Below are positions 24,779 to 37,287 of a stretch of 64,000 nt of DNA, in pieces. The stretch comes from Squalus acanthias (Eukaryota). The stretch's first letter is position 1, and every line of letters starts with the position of its first letter. The notes under the pieces were generated by a model. It did no database searches, was not told the origin of the DNA, and worked only from the letters and a program-made list of their open reading frames with translations. Position numbers and translations under genes: made by a program. The stretch spans positions 58,652,001-58,716,000 of the forward strand of contig CM059438.1 of assembly GCA_030390025.1 (NCBI GenBank). The letters run 5' to 3'.

Positions 24779-25320
24779 AGTTGGTGAAAAATTAATTCAC
24801 TCGAGTCTGTCTTAAAGCAAAAGATCACAGTTTAATATTCAGAGCGCTCTGGGAGAAGGATCATAGCCTGCGGGCTCATGACCAGCTTCTCAATTTAACA
24901 ATGGGAGCCACGCTTCTTTATACACTTCAAGAAGCCAGAAAATACAAACCTCAGCACAGTTATTACATCATGAGCGACCCTTATGGTCTCTAAAAACAAC
25001 TTGTTTAGAATCTTACAATGTTAGCGAAACTCATCTTTTACTTCTGCTTTTGGGTAGCCATCTGCGCTGCAAGGTTCCATTCTTACTCCTATTTGAGGTT
25101 AGTTTATAGAAAACAATGATTCACATTTTTGTTCTGCAGTGTCTGCATTATCTATACTGCAGCCTAAGCAAGTTGGTCTTTTATCTAATTATACCCCTGT
25201 CTCCATGCCTTCGGGAGATACTTTGACATTTACTATAGTCCTTTAAGCAGTTCAACTAATCTTAAACATCACAACTGATTTGCCCTTATATTATTACAAT
25301 TAATTTTTTTTACTCTTACA
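24779..25320 (-). repeat. ERV-A 5' LTR
   Basis: About 15 differences from the 3' LTR by manual count; adjacent to the PBS. Confidence 0.95.
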
Positions 25321-28300
25321 ACACGCTCGATATTGGGTTAATAAACGCTCGATATTGGGTTAATACACGCTCGATATTGGGTTAATACACACTCAATAGT
25401 GGGTTAATACACGCTCGATATTGGGTTAATACACGCTCCATATTGGGTTAATAGACGCTCAAAAGTGGGTTAATACACGCTCGATCTTGTGTTAATACAC
25501 GCTCCATATTGGGTTAATACACGCTCGATATTGGGTTAATACACGATCGATATTGTGTTAATACACGCTCGATATTGATTTCATACGCGCTCGATATTGG
25601 GTTAATACACGCTCGATATTGTGTTCATACACGCTCGATATAGGGTTAATACACGCTCGATAGTGGGTTAATACATGCTCGATGTTGGGTTAATACATGC
25701 TCGATATTGGGTTAATACACACTCGATAGTGGGTTAATAGACGCTCGATAGTGGGTTAATACAGGCTCAATATTGGGTTAATACTCGCTCGATATTGGGT
25801 TAATACACGCTCGATATTGGGTTAATACACGCTCGATATTGGTTTAATACACACTCGATATTGGGTTAATACACGCTCGATATTGGGTTAATACACGCTC
25901 GATATAGGGTTAATACACGCTCGATATTGTTTTAATACACACTCGATATTGGGTTAATACACACTCGAAAGTGGGTTAATACACACTCGATCTTGTGTTA
26001 ATACATGCTCCATATTGGGTTAATACACGCTCGATATTGGGTGAATACACGATCGATATTGTGTTAATACACGCTCGATATTGTGTTAATACACGCTCGA
26101 TATTGTGTTAATACACGCTCGATATTGATTTCGTACACGCTCGATATTGGGTTAATACACGCTCGATATTGTTTTGATACACACTCGATATTGTGTTAAT
26201 ACACGCTCGAAAGTGGGTTAATACACGCTCGATCTTGTGTTAATACATGCTCCATATTGGGTTAATACACGCTCGATATTGGGTTAATACACGCTCGATA
26301 TTGTGTTAATACACGCTCGATATTGTGTTAATACACGCTCGATATTGATTTCATACACGCTCGATATTGGGTTAATACACGCTCGATATTGGGTTAATAC
26401 AGGCTCGATATTGTGTCCATACACACTCGATATAGGGTTAATACACGCTCGATAGTGGGTTAATACACACTCGATATTGGGTTAATACACGCTCGATATT
26501 GGGTTAATGCACGCTCGATATTGTGTTAATACACGCTCGATGTTGGGTTAATACACGCTCGATATTGGGTTAATACACGCTCGATAGTGGGTTAATACAC
26601 GCTCGATATTGGGTTAATGCACACTCGATATTGGGTTACTACACGCTCGATATTGGGTTATTACAGGCTCGATATTGGGTTAATACACGCTCGATAATGG
26701 GTTAATACAGGCTCGATAGTGGGTTAATACACGCTCGATAGTGGGTTAATACACACTCGATATTGGGTTAATACACGCTCGATATTGGGTTAATACACAC
26801 TCGATATTGGGTTAATACACGCTCGATATTGGGTTAATACACGCTCGATATTGGGTTAATACACTCTCGATATTGGGTTAATACACTCTCGATATTGGGT
26901 TAATACACACTCGATAGTGGGTTAATACACGCTCGATATTGGGTTAATACACGCTCGATATTGGGTTAATACACACTCGATATTGGGTTAATACACGCTC
27001 GATATTGGGTTAATACACGCTCGATATTGGGTTAATACACGCTCGATATAGGGTTAATGCACACTCGATATTGGGTTAATACACACTCGATAGTGGGTTA
27101 ATACACGCTCGATATTGGGTTAATACACACTCGATAGTGGGTTAATACACGCTCGATATTGGGTTAATACACGCTCGATATTGGGTTAATACACGCTCGA
27201 TATTGGGTTAATACACACTCGATAGTGGGTTAATAGATGCTCGATAATGGGTTAATACAGGCTCGATAGTGGGTTAATACACGCTCGATAGTGGGTTAAT
27301 ACACGCTCGATAGTGGGTTAATACTCGCTCGATATTGGGTTAATACACGCTCGATATTGGTTTAAGACACTCTCGATATTGGGTTAATACTCGCTCGATA
27401 TTGGGTTAATACACGCTCGATATTGGTTTAAGACACTCTCGATATTGGGTTAATACACGCTCGATAGTGGGTTAATACACGTCGATATTGTGTTAATACA
27501 CGTCGATATTGGTTTAAGACACTCTCGATATTGGGTTAATACTCGCTCGATATTGGGTTAATACACGCTCGATATTGGGTTAATACACACTCGATAGTGG
27601 GTTAATAGATGCTCGATAATGGGTTAATACAGGCTCGATAGTGGGTTAATACACGCTCGATAGTGGGTTAATACACACTCGATATTGGTTTAATACACGC
27701 TCGATATTGGGTTAATACACGCTCGATATTGGGTTAATACACTCTCGATATTGGGTTAATACACGCTCGATAGTGGGTTAATAGATGCTCGATATTGGGT
27801 TAATACACACTCGATATTGGGTTAATACACGCTCGATATTGGGTTAATACACGCTCGATATTGGGTTAATACACTCTCGATATTGGGTTAATACACACTC
27901 GATAGTGGGTTAATACACGCTCGATATTGGGTTAATACACGCTCGATATTGGGTTAATACACACTCGATATTGGGTTAATACACGCTCGATATTGGGTTA
28001 ATACACGGTCGATATTGGGTTAATACACGCTCGATATTGGGTTAATACACACTCGATATAGGGTTAATGCACACTCGATATTGGGTTAATACACACTCGA
28101 TAGTGGGTTAATACACGCTCGATATTGGGTTAATACACACTCGATAGTGGGTTAATACACGCTCGATATTGGGTTAATACACGCTCGATATTGGGTTAAT
28201 ACACGCTCGATATTGGGTTAATACACACTCGATATAGGGTTAATACAGGCTCGATATTGGGTTAATACACGCTCGATATTGGGTTAATACACACTCGATA

Positions 28301-30988
28301 GTGGGTTAATAGATGCTCGATAATGGGTTAATACAGGCTCGATAGTGGGTTAATACACGCTCGATAGTGGGTTAATACACGCTCGATATTGGGTTAATAC
28401 ACACTCGATATTGGGTTAATACTCGCTCGATATTGGGTTAATACACGCTCGATATTGGGTTAATACACACTCGATAGTGGGTTAATAGATGCTCGATAAT
28501 GGGTTAATACAGGCTCGATAGTGGGTTAATACACGCTCGATAGTGGGTTAATACACACTCGATATTGGGTTAATACACGCTCGATATTGGGTTAATACAC
28601 ACTCGATATTGGGTTAATACACGCTCGATATTGGGTTAATACACGCTCGATATTGGGTTAATACACTCTCGATATTGGGTTAATACACGCTCGATAGTGG
28701 GTTAATACACGCTCGATATTGGGTTAATACACGCTCGATATTGGGTTAATACACGCTCGATATTGGGTTAATACACGCTCGATATTGGGTTAATACACGC
28801 TCGATAGTGGGTTAATACACGCTCGATATTGGGCTAATACACGCTCGATATTGGGTTAATACACGCTCGATATTGGGTTAATACACGCTCGATATTGGGT
28901 TAATACACGCTCGATATTGGGTTAATACACACTCGATATTGGGTTAATACACACTCGATAGTGGGTTAATACTCGCTCGATATTGGGTTAATACACACTC
29001 GATATTGTGTTAATACACGTCGATATTGGTTTAAGACACTCTCGATATTGGGTTAATACTCGCTCGATATTGGGTTAATACACGCTCGATATTGGGTTAA
29101 TACACACTCGATAGTGGGTTAATAGATGCTCGATAATGGGTTAATACAGGCTCGATAGTGGGTTAATACACGCTCGATAGTGGGTTAATACACACTCGAT
29201 ATTGGGTTAATACACGCTCGATATTGGGTTAATACACACTCGATATTGGGTTAATACACGCTCGATATTGGGTTAATACACACTCGATATTGGGTTAATA
29301 CACACTCGATAGTGGGTTAATACACGCTCGATATTGGGTTAATACACACTCGATAGTGGGTTAATACACGCTCGATATTGGGTTAATACACGCTCGATAT
29401 TGGGTTAATACACGCTCGATATTGGGTTAATACACGCTCGATATTGGGTTAATACACACTCGATATAGGGTTAATACAGGCTCGATATTGGGTTAATACA
29501 CGCTCGATATTGGGTTAATACACGCTCGATATTGGGTTAATACACGCTCGATATTGGGTTAATACACACTCGATATTGGGTTAATACACGCTCGATATTG
29601 GGTTAATACACGCTCGATATTGGGTTAATACACGCTCGATATTGGGTTAATACACGCTCGATATTGGGTTAATACACGCTCGATATTGGGTTAATACACG
29701 CTCGATATTGGGTTAATACACACTCGATATTGGGTTAATACACACTCGATATTGGGTTAATACACGCTCGATAGTGGGTTAATACACGCTCGATATTGGG
29801 TTAATACACTCTCGATAGTGGGTTAATACACGCTCGATATTGGGTTAATGCACACTCGATATTGGGTTAATACACACTCGATAGTGGGTTAATACACGCT
29901 CGATATTGGGTTAATACACGCTCGATAGTGGGTTAATACACGCTCGATATTGGGTTAATACACGCTCGATATTGGGTTAATACACGCTCGATATTGGGTT
30001 AATACACACTCGATATAGGGTTAATACAGGCTCGATATTGGGTTAATACACGCTCGATATTGGGTTAATACACGCTTGATAGTGGGTTAATACACGCTCG
30101 ATAGTGGGTTAATAGACGCTCGATATTGGGTTAATACATGCTCGATATTCGGTTAATACACGCTCGATAGTGGGTTAATACACGCTCGATAGTGGGTTAA
30201 TACACGCTCGATAGTGGGTTAATACACGCTCGATATTGGGTTAATACACGCTCAATATTGGGTTAATACACGCTCGATATTGGGTTAATACACGCTCGAT
30301 ATTGGGTTAATACACACTCGATATAGGGTTAATGCACACTCGATATTGGGTTAATACACACTCGATAGTGGGTTAATACACGCTCGATATTGGGTTAATA
30401 CACACTCGATAGTGGGTTAATACACGCTCGATATTGGGTTAATACACACTCGATAGTGGGTTAATACACGCTCGATATTGGGTTAATACACGCTCGATAT
30501 TGGGTTAATACACACTCGATAGTGGGTTAATACACGCTCGATATTGGGTTAATACACACTCGATAGTGGGTTAATACACGCTCGATATTGGGTTAATACA
30601 CGCTCGATATTGGGTTAATACACGCTCGATATTGGGTTAATACACACTCGATATAGGGTTAATACAGGCTTGATATTGGGTTAATACACGCTCGATATTG
30701 GGTTAATACACGCTTGATAGTGGGTTAATACACGCTCGATAGTGGGTTAATAGACGCTCGATATTGGATTAATACACGCTCGATATTCGGTTAATACACG
30801 CTCGATATTCGGTTAATACACGCTCGATAGTGGGTTAATACACGCTCGATAGTGGGTTAATACACGCTCGATAGTGGGTTAATACACGCTCGATAGTGGG
30901 TTAATACACGCTCGATATTGGGTTAATACACACTCGATATTGGGTTAATACACGCTCGATATTGGGTTAATAGACGCTCAATATTGGG
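25321..30988. repeat. 22-bp satellite, main array (about 257 units)
   Basis: Same unit as the left arm, resuming in register after the TSD. Confidence 0.98.
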
Positions 30989-32235
30989 CATTGCCCTCAC
31001 TCCTATCCAGATTGGGCGTCGCCCCCACTCCTGTTATTTCACAAGTTTCCAGCAAAACGAAACTTAAGCAATTCCCAGTAAAGCGCGAATTAAGTCATTA
31101 ACCTCTTACTTATCCCGAGCTCTAATACAATCATCTAAACACAGTATTTTTCGCGTCACAATTTCATTCGCATAACCATATACATTTTAGGTACCCCTAG
31201 TTTCTAACAGACTCACCACCTTGAGAGGGAGAAAATTCTATTCGACCTCTCATTTCCAATCCTCTACCAACCGTGCCAACTCCAGATTATTGATTCGACA
31301 GTTCAATTGGTGTGTCAAGCTTCTCAAATAGCATGACGTTATAATTAGAACTAGTAAGACCAGGCACAGAGCAGTCACTAGGGCTGCTGATGCCATTCGT
31401 GCAAAGGGCCTATTACACTAGTTTTAAATGCATGATTATTCAAGCATCATTGTGCATTGCGTATCAGTTACATAATAAAAACAATACAGACTTAAGACTA
31501 TAACTAACAATACTTACTTCATTTAGTCCAGTTAGTTAGTAGGGAGACTCAGAAATGAAGATTTCCCCCTTTCTTACAGTCCAATCCTTTGAGGGGGAGG
31601 AGCAACCTCCGACCCCTCACACAGGTTCAATTCACTGTTTCGGTTCCAATTCTGCCCCACCTGGGGTATCCCCTGTTCCTCATTTCTTCCTGATCTTACT
31701 CCACCTGGGGTCTCTTCTACGTTGCTTCGGATTTTCGCCCGTCATTAATTCAGTAGTACAGTTAGTCATGATTACAGATACACATTTGGCTTATACATCA
31801 AAGTAAAAATTCTTCCTTCACTTAATTTCCTTCCAGAATTGAGCCACTTCCTGCTGTCCAGTGCAGTGTTTAAGTCTTTTTAACATATTTCTTACTACAC
31901 GGTTTACATATATCAAATACGCTATCATTACAAGTTGGAGAACTACCAGAGTGTGTGAAATAATACTAACCTAAGGGTGTGCTGATATATTAAGTCCAAT
32001 GTCCCACCAGTGTGAATCACCCCTTATGCTTTCAATTTCAACATCTATTCTCGAGTTGTCTTGCTCCAGCACATAAAAATGCTTTAGAGAGGAGTTCAGC
32101 CACATCACGAGCTCACTGAAGCCATCAGACAACAGGGGAATATCGCACCCAAATCGTGCCACATAGTGGTTGAGTTCATACTTAAGTGTTTTGTTTATTG
32201 TTAAATTTATTTGAGCATAGGTTTTGATATTGAGT

Positions 32236-32923
32236 ATGAACGGACACCGCGCAACAATCGCCAGGCAGGATTGTTACCTCCCAGTCGGGGAACACTTCAG
32301 CAGTCAAGGACATTCAGCCTCAGATCTTCGGGTAAGCGTTCTCCAAGGTGGCCTTTGAGACACACAACAACGCAAAATCATCGAGCAGAAACTGATAGCC
32401 AAATCCGCACCCATGAGGACGGCCTCAACCGGGATCTTGGGTTCATGTCACGCTACATGTAAGCCCACCTGACGTAGAGTCATCCAGACTCGAGTCGTCG
32501 TTGGCTTGTTCACAGATGTGATTTCCAGTAAAAAAAGTAAAAAGTTTAAAGTTTATGGTTTTCCATACAGACTGCAGCATTTGACACATTAGACCCCCTG
32601 TGACCCCACCTCATTATCTTAGTTGTATCTTGCTATGTCTTTGATATAATGTCTTCCTGACTGACCTGATTGTCTCTCTGCCGAGGTGTGATAAAAGGCA
32701 GTCAGAAAGATTAACTGTAGTCGTCTGACATTGTACGCTACACAGGCATTGTTCTCTGTCTATATATGCTTTGCCGATCTGTATTCCTTCACTTCACCTG
32801 ACGAAGGAGCAGCAGCTCCGAAAGCTTGTGATTTCAAATAAAACTGTTGGACTATAACCTGATGTTGTGCAACTTCTCACTTTTGTCCACCCCAGTCCAA
32901 CACCGGCATCTCCGCATCATGGC
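32236..32923 (+). mobile_element. Penelope-like element 3' fragment
   Basis: GIY-YIG C-terminus MNGHR..PVGEHF..EQKLIAK.RTHEDGLNRD, then 3' region with a hammerhead. Confidence 0.85.
32794..32831 (+). ncRNA. Minimal type I hammerhead ribozyme
   Basis: TCAC-CTGACGA-A-GGAGC-AGCA-GCTCC-GAAAGCTT-GTGA: intact core, stems I and II, palindromic stem III. Confidence 0.85.
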
Positions 32924-34310
32924 CACTTCAACTTCAATTTCAATCCTTCTGACAGGTACCAGTGTGATTAACTCTATTCTGATTGTTTCAATAATTAGAT
33001 AGTTTCTCGATGGAGTATGTGTCAGTGCTTTAAACGTTGTCTCACCCTCCTGAGCCACATTAACCATTTCATGTTGTACTGTTGTCAAATAACTGAGCAT
33101 GTTTGAGACCTGTTCTTCAGTGCAAATTCACCACGCATTTCCATATGCTAGTGACTTCACACGTAACAAATCACATCTGCACACACACGCCAGTATCCCA
33201 ATATCAGGCCACATGTGACATCTGATCCAAGCCATTCTTGGGCTTTCAGGTGATCTTATTTTAGAGTATCTCGAGGCTTTTGGTCATCTCCCACTGCATG
33301 GTCCCGATGTCTCGGGTAGTGGCCAGGCTATCAAGTTTTTGTAAAAAGTTTGTAGGCAAGGACACAAACATCTCCAAGAGAAAGCTGTCAATTTACTATT
33401 CTTAACTTGAATGTCAGGAAAATTTCATTTGGTAGTGTAATTTTCCTGTTTCTATCTTATATCGTCAATCACTTCCTCTCATTCCATTTTACACATCCCA
33501 TTAATTACCATTCTATCTCATTCATGAGCCCTGGATGAACTTTACTGTCCAATACAATATTAAAGATAGGAAACATAGATCAAACATTCCCACTTGGTCC
33601 CAGTTATTCACACATTTTGTTTTGTTTTATTCTTTATTTTAGAGGACCTTTTATTTCCCACAATAAACCAATATATTGTGCCTGAGTCCATTTTATAATT
33701 TCAAACTTATCCCAAATCCAAACAGCAGTATTGTTGGACTGACAGGTTTTGTCAATGTTCAATTTATTTCCTCAAAAACTTTCTTCCTTGATACACAGCA
33801 ATTGGCAGGACCACCGAGACTGCTTTCCGCCAGTTTCTCTTAATGAAAATTTGACTGTCTCCTTAAACTCCAGGTAAATTTTCCCTTCTCGTATCAATTT
33901 ATCTTATTGATTTATCTTATCAGTTCCAATTTCAGAAACAGGCTTGGTGTTTTAACATTAGGGACAGAAGTGCGCGCAATTAGTTTACAAGATAATTTCC
34001 ATATAATAAAAGAAAGCAGAGAATCCATTGTAGCTCTGCTTAAGAGCCCAAGGGGTTAATTTGTCAAATCCTAGTTTTCCTTCGGTCACTGTGGGAAAAT
34101 ATTCACTTAAAATTAAGAAACTTAGTTGCTTCGTGAATTTAAAAAAACCAGCTGCCAGTGGAAAGGGTTAGCTCCTTTGCAGGTTTGTAAAAAGGTGGAG
34201 CAAAATATTGTCAGACGCATGCAATTGATTCACTTCACGGAAATTTAAAAATGTTCCCAATCGAAAAAGACAATAAATTGGTGCTTGGTTCTTCTTTTTT
34301 TGAAGTCTTT

Positions 34311-35190
34311 GGGGGGAAAATTCAGTTGGTTGCGCCTCCAGTTAGCGCCTTAAGAGGGCGCTAATGGGGCGCAAAGCAGCTAGTGCCCGGGCGCAGCGAT
34401 GTTTGCGCCGCTTGGGAAATTAACTAGACATTTTGCGGCGGCGCTAAACACTACCACCACGATCTCCTGCGCCGGCAGATCGTGACATCAGTCGAGTGCG
34501 CAATGCCCCGGTAGCGTCCCGGAGTGGCGCCCCCTGCCTCACCGCCTGCCGCTAGCAACGACAGGTTGAGGGAAGCGTTTTGCAGTCAGGAAGGGACTGG
34601 GGAGCGCTATTTAAAGGCGACCGCTTCCTGCCTTTTTTTGTTGGTGACATTTTTGAACCACGCATTCTGAGAGAGAGAGAGAGACACTTCTGGAGAGATT
34701 CAATGCTGTGTGAAGGAGTTTTGGGTACTGAGCAGCACTTTGCAGAATCATTTTGATTTGCCCTTCCTTGTATCGATTTAGAAGAGACTGTGGGGGCTGC
34801 ACTCTGAGCTCTTTCCCTGGTTCTCTCCATTGATTTTTCCAGCAGATTTGATGTACAGGTCTCTCCAGGCCGAGATTCAAGGCTGCAATGAGCAGGATGT
34901 GGATGGAAAGCAAGATCAGCCCTCCCTTTTAAGAACTGGCCCGTGTCATTGTGTGTGTGTTCCATTGTTGACTGACATTACATGAGCTTCGCCAGTGCTC
35001 TGAGTTACCGCCTCGCTCCTCGGCCTTTGCGCCTTAAGACAGTTGTGAAGCGCCTGATTTAGCGCTCCAATCACCTCCGGGGCGGTAAAAGCCAAGTTTG
35101 CAGTCGGAGGCGATAATTAGTGCCAGGCGCTAATCTTTGCGCCCGGCCGATAATTGCGCCCCAAATGGGGCGATACTGAATTTCTCCCCC
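34311..35190 (-). mobile_element. Non-autonomous PIF/Harbinger-like element (copy 3) inside ERV-B
   Basis: Inverted homolog of 22312-23206; TIRs GGGGGGAAAATTCAG / CTGAATTTCTCCCCC; flanks TTT/TAT (imperfect TSD). Confidence 0.82.
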
Positions 35191-36170
35191 TATGTACCTT
35201 CAAAACTTCCTTAGGAATTAAAATATCCATTAAAACAGCAGAAATCATTAGTATAACTATCATTATTAACTTTGAATAAAACATAGGTTAGTTAACTTCA
35301 ATAATTTCAATTTAATTCAGACCAATACTTTATTAACAAAACACAATACAGAACAGATAAAATAAAACAAAATAACACACACTTACAGAAAACAGTAAAT
35401 TACGTCATCGTTACCTTCAGGCGCTTTCCCAAATGACTGTAAAAATACTGAATATAACTGGAGAAAAATGAGTTTTTCACATTTAAACAAATCAAATCAA
35501 AGTGCTTTGGAAATTTCAAATTAAGTATCAGGAACCATAGCAACTGTAATTTCAAGGCTGAAGCTTATCTTTTGTAAAACAAACTTTTGCCGGGCTTTCA
35601 GAGTTGCACAAGCTCCCCGGTCAAAATATATCTACAGCAACATCTTTAACGTCAAATGTAAATCACAAAGTTTTCCCCACTTCTAGTTGCACAATCATAA
35701 ATTGAAATGAACAAATTCAACATATTCACACTTGCTTAAAACTCCCAACATCCAAGGCAAGACTACAAAGGGTTAAACGGCTTTGAGCTCTGTGCACAGA
35801 AAAGTGGGTGGAGCCAAAACAAACATAACATAATAAGACTTTCAGGCAAAAGGAATACTGTAACTTCTTAAACATTCATGGTCAGGAAAACTTCCACACT
35901 TTAACACACACTTTCACACAAACTGAAATTCCAGCATCCTTTAAGGTTCCTTTCACTCAGTAATCTTGTGTTTTATTTTTCTCGGCGCAGAAGCTGGGAC
36001 GCTATATCGCCCAAAATCTCAGAGTAACTCTTCTCGTCACTCTGTACTATTCCAATCACCGCTTGGGCCCCCGGGACCCCTAACTTATTTGAGAGACTGT
36101 TCACGACTATGTCTTTATAATACGCATCTGCCATTTTGTTTTTGGTTTCAGTGGCGAAACGCACCCCCTT

Positions 36171-37192
36171 TAGAACATAAGAAATAGGAGCAGGAGTCGG
36201 CCATGTGGCCCTTCGAGCCTGCTCCGCCATTCAATAAGATCATGGCTGATCTTCTACCTCATCTCGACTTTCCCACACTATCCCCATATCCCTTAATTCC
36301 CAAAAATTTATCGACCTCTGTCTTTAATATACTCAACGACTGAGCATCCACAGCCCTCTGGGGTAGAGAATTCCGAAGATTCACAACCCTTTGAGTGAAG
36401 AAATTTCTCCTCAACTCAGTCTTAAATAGCTGACCCCTTATTCTGAGACTCCTGGTTCTAGACTCCCCAGCCAGGGGAAACAGCCTCTCAGCATCTACCC
36501 TGTCAAGCCCTGTAAGAATTTTATATGTTTCAATGAGATCACCTCTCGTTCTTCTAAACTCTAGAGAATATAGGCCTAGTCTACTCAATCTGTCCTCATA
36601 GGACAATCCCCCCATCCCAGGAACCAATCTAGTGAACCTTCACTGCACTCCCTCTATGGCAAGTAAATCTTTCCTAAGGTAAGGAGACCAGAACTGTACA
36701 CAGTACTCCAGGTGTGGCCTCACCAATGTCCTGTATAATTGGAGTAAGACTTCTTTACTCTTATACTCTAATCCCTTTGTAACAAAAGCTAACATACCAT
36801 TTGCTTTCCTAATTGCTTGCTGTACCTGCATGTTAACTTTCTGTGATTCATGTACAAGGAGACCCAGGTCCCTCAGAATGCAGACATTTCCCAATCTCTC
36901 ACCATTCAAAAAATATTCTGCTTTTTTGTTTTTCCTACAAAAGTGGATAACTTCACACTTCCCCACATTGTTTTCCATATTCTATGTTCTTGCCCACTCA
37001 GTCAACCTCTCTATATCTCTCTGCAGCCTCTTTGCGTCCTCCTCACAGCTTCCTTTCCCACCTAACTTTGTATCATCCGCAAAATTGGATACGTTACACT
37101 CAGTCCCTTCATCTAAGTCATTGATATAGATTGTAAATAGCTGAGTCCCCAGCACTGATCCTTGCGGTACCCCACGAGTACAGCCTGCCAAC
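36171..37192 (-). mobile_element. 5'-truncated CR1 LINE
   Basis: ORFs 36259-37191 with RT motifs; tail at 36171-36250. Confidence 0.92.
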
Positions 37193-37287
37193 TTGAAAAA
37201 GTCCTGTTTATTTATGAGGTTTCCAACCCGACCGCAACACCTGGCACCCTTTAACGTTTATAGACCAAGTCCGTCTTTAAATAAATT

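Larger units (their letters stand above)
17647..25320 (-). mobile_element. Endogenous retrovirus (class I-like), non-autonomous, two LTRs (ERV-A)
   Basis: Two 542-bp LTRs, ACAC TSD at 17643-17646 and 25321-25324, PBS, PPT, RNaseH/IN and gamma-type env remnants. Confidence 0.95.
31819..33100 (-). pseudogene. Envelope/fusion-glycoprotein-like C-terminal remnant, split by a Penelope fragment
   Basis: Heptad-like LNSSLKHFYVLEQDNSRIDVEIESI, then HWWDIG, TM-like IISHTLVVLQLVMIAYLIYV, basic tail RVVRKYVKRLK; no CX6CC/ISD in the visible part. Confidence 0.55.
31032..36170 (-). mobile_element. Second LTR-element remnant (ERV-B), 5' LTR absent
   Basis: Homology blocks to the ERV-A interior (34040-34125, 35455-35985); env-like remnant; candidate 3' LTR 31032-31578 with the same cttaca|gtcc junction as ERV-A. 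Confidence 0.6.

Noticed and set aside
25321-30988. CRISPR-like appearance of the 22-bp array (also the 29-bp array)
   Set aside because: Head-to-tail units without unique spacers, no cas genes, eukaryotic context
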